DNA of 64,000 bases from NCBI GenBank assembly GCA_016190825.1, contig JACPPV010000039.1:10215-74214 (forward strand), written 5' to 3'. How positions within the stretch are numbered: position 1 is the stretch's first letter; each line of letters starts with the position of its first letter. The notes below the pieces were generated by a model that saw only the letters and a list, made by a program, of their open reading frames with translations, was not told the origin of the DNA and ran no database searches. A program made the position numbers and the translations under genes. Below are positions 58,142 to 64,000 of the stretch, piece after piece. This stretch comes from Chloroflexota bacterium (GTDB taxonomy: Bacteria; Chloroflexota; Dehalococcoidia; Dehalococcoidales; UBA2162).

Positions 58142-59377
58142 CCGGCGAAAAACTGAGGTGAAGCTCTTGAACTGGGCGGCAAGGCGGCGCAGGTTGTCAT
58201 TCAGGCTACTGAATTTCAGCTCGGGCGATGCTTGCTTCTTGGCTCCCCAGAGTAATAGTCCCACGTTAGTAGCATAGGCCGGGTCCTGGAGGTTCTCACT
58301 GATGCCCGGCACCGTCACCGGCGAACCTACCCTGGCGGGCAGCCGCAACATTTCCCGCGCCATTACGTCTATACCGGCCAGGTTGGAACTGCCGCCGGTA
58401 AGTACCAGTCCGCCGGGAACCAGGGCAGCCTGGTCGTCCTGTGGCAGCTCAAGCGTTATCAACCTCAAAATCTCTTCCACCCGTGCCCGCAGAATGCGCC
58501 TTAGCTCCACACTGGAGACGCTGCGTCGCCCTTCAGCCCCCCGCTTCACCGCCTCAACCCTGTCCTCGATGACGGGCAAAACGCCGCCCTGAGTCTTCTT
58601 CAGATCCTCGGCAACATTAAATGGCAGGCCGAGGCCGATGGCGATATCCCGGGTGAGCTGATAGCCTGCCACAGGGATGATGGCTGTGTGCCAGATGCTA
58701 CCATCCCTGAAAATAGCTACATCGGTGGTGCCGCCCCCGATATCCGCCAGCACCACGCCCCTTTGCCGTTCCTGCTCGGTAAGCACCGCCTCGCTCGATG
58801 CCAGCGGTTCCAGGACAAGTTCTTCGATACCAATGCCAAGACTCTCGATGCAACTGGCAATGTTCCGCATTGAAGCCGCAGCGGCAGTGATGACGTGTGT
58901 CTCCACGTGCAGTCTTGCGCCGCGCAATCCCACCGGGTTCCTGACAGGGGCGCCGCTATCAACCGCATAGCTCCGGGGAATGACGTGGAGCAACTTCTGG
59001 CCGGTGGGAATCTTGAAGCTCCGGGCATGTTGCAGCACCCGTTTCAGGTCATCGAGCCGCACCGGCCGGTCATTTCGGGAAAAGGAAATCGCACCGCGCC
59101 GGTTGAGCGAAGCGATGTGCCTGCCGGTGACGCCGATGTAAGCCGATTCAACCCTGCGCCCGCTCACGTGCTCTGCTTTTCTCACCGACTCCCGGATTGC
59201 CTGCCTGGCATCTTCGACACTGACCACCAATCCCTTGTGCATACCGGTCGAAGGGGTGAGGCCCATGCCAATAACGCGCAGCACCTTCCCATTCTCAACC
59301 TCGGCAACAGTAGTGATAACCTTGGTGGTCCCGACATCGATAGCAGTAAGAGTAGTCATTTTTCTCATCTGCCTCAC
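58121..59377 (-). CDS. ftsA: Cell division protein FtsA
   Basis: Actin-fold motifs AIDVGTTKV, LADIGGGTTDVAIF and VLTGGSSNLAGI. Confidence 0.85.
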   Translation of the reverse strand: MRQMRKMTTLTAIDVGTTKVITTVAEVENGKVLRVIGMGLTPSTGMHKGLVVSVEDARQAIRESVRKAEHVSGRRVESAYIGVTGRHIASLNRRGAISFSRNDRPVRLDDLKRVLQHARSFKIPTGQKLLHVIPRSYAVDSGAPVRNPVGLRGARLHVETHVITAAAASMRNIASCIESLGIGIEELVLEPLASSEAVLTEQERQRGVVLADIGGGTTDVAIFRDGSIWHTAIIPVAGYQLTRDIAIGLGLPFNVAEDLKKTQGGVLPVIEDRVEAVKRGAEGRRSVSSVELRRILRARVEEILRLITLELPQDDQAALVPGGLVLTGGSSNLAGIDVMAREMLRLPARVGSPVTVPGISENLQDPAYATNVGLLLWGAKKQASPELKFSSLNDNLRRLAAQFKSFTSVFRRLPVWNR

Positions 59378-59425
59378 TCCTTGGCCCCGGCGGACCGGGA
59401 GCCTAAATTATTGGCGCATATCATA

Positions 59426-60508
59426 TCAGTCAGCCCTTCCCGAAAACGTTAAGGATGCCTCAGGATGAGCACGTGTAAAATCCGGCCCAATCTCCTCATG
59501 TCGCAGGAAAAGGTATCCGAACCCCCCGATATCCACCGCCATGTAAGACGGCCGGCTGACAATGCGGAAGCGCTCCTCTGCCAGGATGATGCGTTCCGCA
59601 GCGCGCAACCGGGCGCTCCGGCTCCGGGGATTTGCCTGTACCTCCGATACCGAGGGCGTGATGATTTTCTTGTTGATGATGGTCAGACTGGCTTTGTGCC
59701 CGCAAACACACACTGGCGTGCCGGGTGGACAGACACAGTCCGTGGACTCCCGCCGCATAAATTGCTTCACGATGCGGTCCTCAAGAGAGTGATAGCTTAT
59801 AACAACCAGCCTGCCGCCGGGATGCAGTAGTTCAACCGCCTGCCCCAGCGCCACTTCCAGGTTCGCCAGTTCTTGGTTGACAGCGATGCGCAACGCCTGG
59901 AAGGTCCTGGTGGCCGGGTGGATGCGGCCGCGGCGCGGACCAACCGCCCGTTCAATTGTCTTAACAAGGTCGAATGTTGTCCTCAACGGCCTTGAATGGA
60001 CAATCCGAGGAGCGATACGACGACTTTGCTTCTCCTCACCAAATTTCCAGATAAGGTCGGCAAGCTCCTCCTCAGAGTAGCCGTTTACGATATCCGCCGC
60101 GGTCAGTTGCTGGGCAGGACTGAAACGCATGTCCAGGGCAGCATCAATCTGAAAACTGAAACCGCGGCCGGCAGTCTCAAGCTGGAGTGAGGACAGTCCC
60201 AGGTCAAACAGAATGCCGTCCACCGGAGCGAAGTCATACTCGCGGCATATCTCACCCAGTTTGGCGAAATTATCATTCACCAGGCGGACCGAATCGCGGT
60301 AGGTGGCAAGCCGCGCTGTGGCGACTTCTATGGCCGCAGGGTCAGCATCAATGCCAAGCAGGTGCCCACCGGGCAGACACCTTTCCAGAATGGCGGCGGC
60401 ATGTCCGCCCGCGCCGAGGGTGCAATCAACATAGCGTCCTCCAGGACGCACGGCGAGGGCTTCAACCGTTTCCGTGAGCAGCACCGGAATATGGACCGGC
60501 ATGTTCAT
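59426..60508 (-). CDS. rsmH: 16S rRNA (cytosine1402-N4)-methyltransferase RsmH
   Basis: [29 protein letters not shown]...[14 protein letters not shown]...[12 protein letters not shown]. Start set at M42 of the track ORF, just after the mraZ stop. Has a C-terminal extension of roughly 50 aa. Confidence 0.85.
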   Translation of the reverse strand: MNMPVHIPVLLTETVEALAVRPGGRYVDCTLGAGGHAAAILERCLPGGHLLGIDADPAAIEVATARLATYRDSVRLVNDNFAKLGEICREYDFAPVDGILFDLGLSSLQLETAGRGFSFQIDAALDMRFSPAQQLTAADIVNGYSEEELADLIWKFGEEKQSRRIAPRIVHSRPLRTTFDLVKTIERAVGPRRGRIHPATRTFQALRIAVNQELANLEVALGQAVELLHPGGRLVVISYHSLEDRIVKQFMRRESTDCVCPPGTPVCVCGHKASLTIINKKIITPSVSEVQANPRSRSARLRAAERIILAEERFRIVSRPSYMAVDIGGFGYLFLRHEEIGPDFTRAHPEASLTFSGRAD

Positions 60509-60518
60509 CGCTCCCCCG

Positions 60519-60962
60519 TCAACGCCTTTCCAGGCTTTCGATAATTTGCCAGACGTGCTCCTGGCTGGAAGCTTTCTCAGCCAGCCACAGCTCATTATTC
60601 CATAACTCGAGATAGGTGTTGGCGCCGGCAATAACTACCTCGTCCCTGATACCGGCATAATCCCTCAACGGGGCAGGAAGGGTGATTCTGCCCTGGTGGT
60701 CGATTTCGAGAGAAAAAGCGGTAGCGAAAAGGGCGCGGTTCAGCCGCCGTAGTTTGCTGGAGCTCACGATGCCAGCCGTTAGTGCCGCCGCCACTTTCTC
60801 CCACTCGGAAACCGGATATGCCACGATGCACTTCTCAGCCCCGGGCGTCAAAACTACGCCATCCTTGAGCTCCGCGCGGAATCTCGGCGGAACCGGCACG
60901 CGCCCCTTGGCGTCCACCCTGTGCTCGAACTCACCAAGAAACCTGCCTGAACCTGGTGTCAT
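60519..60962 (-). CDS. mraZ: Transcriptional regulator MraZ
   Basis: Two SpoVT/AbrB-like halves, each with DxxxR-type motifs ([10 protein letters not shown] / [10 protein letters not shown]). Confidence 0.9.
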   Translation of the reverse strand: MTPGSGRFLGEFEHRVDAKGRVPVPPRFRAELKDGVVLTPGAEKCIVAYPVSEWEKVAAALTAGIVSSSKLRRLNRALFATAFSLEIDHQGRITLPAPLRDYAGIRDEVVIAGANTYLELWNNELWLAEKASSQEHVWQIIESLERR

Positions 60963-61005
60963 CTATCTATCCACCATCCACCACAAATGTAATTCTACAC
61001 GCCCA

Positions 61006-61036
61006 TTTTACCACTTTTTACCACTTTTTACCATTT
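61006..61036 (-). promoter_or_regulatory. Three 10-bp-phased direct repeats upstream of mraZ (candidate MraZ operator)
   Basis: The plus strand has ttttaccac, ttttaccac and ttttaccat with the tacca(c/t) cores at 61009, 61019 and 61029. On the gene strand this reads (G/A)TGGTAAAA x3. More GTGG units lie at 60971-60984. Confidence 0.55.
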
Positions 61037-61084
61037 TGAAACACAATTAGCTTTTTGTCAAGAGGTCCTGAAGAAATAGCGTCC

Positions 61085-61260
61085 CACGAAAATGTCACCC
61101 TCCGCGAAGCTTGCCCCACACTTGATACGGGAGCGGGGGGTCATTCGCTGAGTAAAGTAGATTCCCCGCCGGCGCGGGGAATGACATTATCAGATGGTTT
61201 GCCATAGGCACTGCGTGCCTTCGCAATAACAGAAAATAGCGGATTGATCTCCGCGTCTCG
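61085..61260. repeat. Intergenic cluster of dispersed repeat motifs
   Basis: gccccacacttgatacggg (61113-61131), gtagattccccgccggcgcggggaatgacatt (61158-61188) and ctgcgtgccttcgcaataaca. Each has a relative elsewhere in the window. Confidence 0.65.
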
Positions 61261-61349
61261 CCCTCAACGAACCCCCGAAAAACGCTCTGCGGAGAGATAC
61301 GCCCTACAGCCAGGCCGGGGAACGCCAGCGATATGACCGCGCCAATAAA

Positions 61350-63362
61350 CTAATGGAGCCGTCGGCGGACCAGCATCAACCCGATAACATAGCCCGCAGC
61401 CCCCAGGATCACCGCTGAAACAATGATGATTATGGCCCAGGCCCAGCTCTCCAGGGTAATTCCGACGAAAAAGGTGGAAGAGGTTGCCCAGGGACTTTCA
61501 TTAAAAGCGCCATCAATTGCCCTGACCCGCCAGTAGTAGGGGGTCTTCCTGCTGACCGATTTCAACTTCTCTGCTTCGGTGAGAGTATATGCCGAATTGG
61601 TCAGACCCTGCTTACGCAGAATGACATTGGCAAACCCACCATCCGTGGCAAGTTCCAGGGTATAGCTCAAGCCGCTCGGATCGGTCACGTCAGACCAATC
61701 AAGGGTTGGCATCCGGTCCGCCTTCGTGTCAGTCAGTGGCTGAAGAAGCAGCGGAGCGGATGGGGCAGTAGAATCCATGGCAAAGGTGAGCGTTTCCGTA
61801 TTGACACCATCGGTAATCGTTACCAGGTGGCTCCCGCCCCGGCTCACCGGGGCTTTGAAAACGACGACAATAGTCCCGCTCGCATCGGTGATACTCTGAA
61901 CAATCGGGGTGTCGCCATACCTGACGGTGACGGGCCGGCTTGACGCAAAGCCGGTGCCGCTGACGGTGACATCGCTGCCCACAAAACCGCTCTCCGGGCT
62001 CAGCTTGGCGGCAAGCAATACTCTGAAGGAAAAGGTCAGCGTATTGGTCTGGTCTGTGACGGTGATCCGGTGCTCCCCCGTCGGCGAGGGCAAGACCTGA
62101 AACGTGGCAGAAAGGTTACCGCTGGAGTCAGTGGAGACAGAAGCAGCGAGAAAATTGTCGTAGTTAATTGTAGCGGCAACACTGGCCCTGAATCCGGACC
62201 CGCTGACCGTCACCGCAGATCCCACAGCTCCGCTTGTTGGACTTATGCTGGCGGTTGGCTTGATAGTGAAGGTTACACTCCCCGTATTGGTCCCGTCGCT
62301 CATCACCACAGAGTAGGCTGCGGATGCGCCGGGCAGCGCTCTAAAATTGGCGGTAAAGCTGCCTCTGGTATCAGAAACAACCGATGCCGGGCTGGTATTG
62401 ACCGCCTGCCCACCCCAGGTAATACTGATGGGAGTGCTGGCAAAGAAGCCATTGCCGGTTACGGTGACTTCTGTACGCGCCGTACCGTTATCCGGTGAAA
62501 TAGTCACGGTAGAAGTCACCACAATTGTAGCTATAGCCGAATTTCCAGACCCGTCCTGAGCCTTCAAAGAATGGCTTCCCCCGGCCATCTCGGGGATAGC
62601 CAGGGTGCTCATGGTAAAGCTTCCATTGGCGGCGCTTACCACGGTCCCGCCAAAAGAGACGTCATCCAGAAGAAAGGATATGACTGAGCTGCCGGCAAAA
62701 CCTGCACCCGTAACCGATAAGGTGGAGCCGACACGCAGGGTTGTGGTGGAAAGGGTTACCTTGGGAAGGGCAGTGAAACTAGTAGGAAGAGAAAGACCGG
62801 AGAAATCACCTGCCGTTATGGTATGTGCTCCCGCGACGCTCTGTGGCACGGTGAAAGTCGTGGTAAACTGACCGTTGGCATTTGAAGACGCCGTGACCTG
62901 GGATACGCTGTCATAATATACGGTTATGAGGGAGCTCGCCGCAAAACCAACCCCTGTAACGCTGACCTGGCTCCCGACTGTACCGGAAAAGGTACTCACT
63001 GAAATCAGCGGCGTTATCATAAAAGTCGGGATTGGGGAGGTGTTATCTGAAGCATTAGACGTGGTCACCTTGACTTCGTAAGTGTTCCGCGGCAGCACGG
63101 GAACCGAAAAGGCCTGGCTCACGGTACCGCCCGCGGCCACGGTACCGGTCGCGACCACGGTGGTGCCGAAGGTCACCGTATACGTAGCACCCGCTGTGAA
63201 ACCGGCACCGGAAATATCGAGGACCGTGCCGGGAGGGCCAGAAGTGGACGACAATGTGACCGTGCCCGCATACACCGGGACTGCCGGCAACAGAGCAGCC
63301 AGAGAGGCCAGAACTGCCAATGAAACGGTAAACAGCTCTCTACGGATTCCTGTTGTTTTCAT
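61350..63362 (-). CDS. Surface protein with six IPT/TIG-like Ig repeats, an Fn3-like module and a C-terminal TM anchor
   Basis: Signal peptide. Six repeats of about 85 aa are centred on G(S/T)xVxV(S/T)GxGFxxS. These are followed by PSAPLLLQP...WRVRAIDGAFNESPW (Fn3-like) and TM WAWAIIIIVSAVILGAAGYVIGLMLVRRR. Confidence 0.8.
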   Translation of the reverse strand: MKTTGIRRELFTVSLAVLASLAALLPAVPVYAGTVTLSSTSGPPGTVLDISGAGFTAGATYTVTFGTTVVATGTVAAGGTVSQAFSVPVLPRNTYEVKVTTSNASDNTSPIPTFMITPLISVSTFSGTVGSQVSVTGVGFAASSLITVYYDSVSQVTASSNANGQFTTTFTVPQSVAGAHTITAGDFSGLSLPTSFTALPKVTLSTTTLRVGSTLSVTGAGFAGSSVISFLLDDVSFGGTVVSAANGSFTMSTLAIPEMAGGSHSLKAQDGSGNSAIATIVVTSTVTISPDNGTARTEVTVTGNGFFASTPISITWGGQAVNTSPASVVSDTRGSFTANFRALPGASAAYSVVMSDGTNTGSVTFTIKPTASISPTSGAVGSAVTVSGSGFRASVAATINYDNFLAASVSTDSSGNLSATFQVLPSPTGEHRITVTDQTNTLTFSFRVLLAAKLSPESGFVGSDVTVSGTGFASSRPVTVRYGDTPIVQSITDASGTIVVVFKAPVSRGGSHLVTITDGVNTETLTFAMDSTAPSAPLLLQPLTDTKADRMPTLDWSDVTDPSGLSYTLELATDGGFANVILRKQGLTNSAYTLTEAEKLKSVSRKTPYYWRVRAIDGAFNESPWATSSTFFVGITLESWAWAIIIIVSAVILGAAGYVIGLMLVRRRLH

Positions 63363-63489
63363 TCACTCTCCTTTTCATGGTTCGTATCCCTATGCCTAAA
63401 AGACTACCTCCCATCCGCACTCATGGTCAAACCACAAAAGTTTACCAAGTATACAATAAAAACGTGGAAACTGACAAAAGGATAGGCAA

Positions 63490-63650
63490 GAGTGTTTGAT
63501 AACCTCTTTTGTCATCGCGAGCGAAGCGTGACCATCTCAACTCAGGTCGTTTAATAATTCCGTTCGCCCTTAGCTGTCGAAGAGCTCGCCGGCGGTTCGA
63601 GATGCCTGTCCTGGGCGAAGCCGAAGAGGTCATCACGAACGGCACGTATA
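63490..63650. repeat. Intergenic cluster of dispersed repeat motifs
   Basis: gtcatcgcgagcgaagcgtgacc is the reverse orientation of the 26.69 kb ctcgcttcgctcac. Also ccgttcgcccttagctgtcgaagagc (63560-63585) and cacgaacggcac. Confidence 0.65.
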
Positions 63651-63683
63651 ATAACGCCTTTCATGACAACTAAGTTCTAATGT

Positions 63684-64000
63684 CTATCCAATTTCGCCGA
63701 CAACAAAGGCCACGGCATATTCGTGTGAATCGGAGAGGCTGATGGCCAGCTTATCCAGCCCCAATTCTGAAGCGCGGCTCTTTGCCCGTCCGTAGAGAAC
63801 AACCATCGGCTTGCCCCGGCGGTCAGCCAGGATTTCGATCTCCCGCCAGCAGACTCCCCTTGCCCCGGTACCGAGGGTTTTCATGACCGCCTCCTTGCCA
63901 GCAAAGCGGCCTGCCAGCCGGGAAGGTCTATTGCGGCAGATGCTCAGTTCGGCTTCAGTGAAGACACGCTGCAGAAACCTGTGGCCCCAGCGCCGGAGCG
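63684..64000 (-). CDS. acpS: Holo-[acyl-carrier-protein] synthase (5' end beyond the window)
   Basis: Extending the track ORF upstream in frame gives ...RFLQRVFTEAELSICRNRPSRLAGRFAGKEAVMKTLGTG...HEYAVAFVV. This is the typical AcpS pattern. Confidence 0.8.
   Translation of the reverse strand, partial: LRRWGHRFLQRVFTEAELSICRNRPSRLAGRFAGKEAVMKTLGTGARGVCWREIEILADRRGKPMVVLYGRAKSRASELGLDKLAISLSDSHEYAVAFVVGEIG

Noticed and set aside
60509-60631. The upstream extension of the rsmH ORF (track start at 60631) overlapping mraZ by 113 nt.
   Set aside because: The extension has no RsmH-like sequence. An ATG at 60508 directly follows the mraZ stop and precedes the conserved HIPVLL start region.

Overview
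This window looks like a chromosomal segment from a moderately high-GC anaerobe. The gene content suggests Chloroflexota/Dehalococcoidia, but that is inference only, since no searches were possible. Product calls rest on motifs read from the supplied translations and from my own translation of gaps; all start codons are provisional.

**Layout**
- 1-7.7 kb, minus strand: a complete System I cytochrome c maturation operon, ccmE-F-H-(2 unknown genes)-A-B-C-D. It is preceded by a diheme lipoprotein cytochrome, a 12-heme membrane-anchored cytochrome and a polytopic membrane protein (7.2-9.7 kb).
- 9.9-11.8 kb: a small accessory patch (hicB-hicB-hicA plus an orphan gene) next to a tRNA cluster (Gln, Leu, Leu, Trp).
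- 12-20 kb: PolX, a GT4 glycosyltransferase, two mini nuclease-like ORFs beside tRNA-Met, a PfkB kinase with an aldolase, plsC and ispH.
- 20-23 kb: an exosortase-family protein translationally coupled to a Kelch/PKD surface protein.
- 23.4-26.3 kb: acyl-CoA dehydrogenase with etfBA.
- 27-30.5 kb: a NrfC-like/NrfD-like/cytochrome c module.
- 30.5-38.6 kb: SPFH, a cNMP-binding protein, a LuxR-type response regulator with a large sensor kinase, radC, prfB (programmed +1 frameshift), nfi, rpsP and a KH protein.
- 38.8-40.2 kb: a PQQ-type beta-propeller protein.
- 40.6-47.7 kb: a complete F1Fo ATP synthase operon.
- 47.9-51.6 kb: a BFN nuclease, a NYN protein and a lower-GC type II R-M island.
- 51.6-55.3 kb: nrdJ and nrdR.
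- 55.5-64 kb: a CBS protein, a DUF411/CopG-like gene, an MFS transporter, a minimal mraZ-rsmH-ftsA cluster, an IPT/TIG repeat surface protein and partial acpS.

**Most interesting observations**
1. The DUF411/CopG-like gene is interrupted by an in-frame TGA exactly at the first Cys of its CxCC motif. A fdhF-like hairpin with a GGUC loop follows, making it a candidate selenoprotein.
2. The ccm operon has a CxxxY-type CcmE, a CxCxC CcmH-like protein and two embedded uncharacterised genes.
3. The sensor kinase has a CxxCH heme-c motif in its periplasmic domain.
4. The exosortase sits next to a single target with a non-canonical C-terminal sorting signal.
5. The division cluster has no cell-wall genes.
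6. Several families of short repeats occur only in intergenic DNA.

No CRISPR array, rRNA, transposase or integrase was seen.
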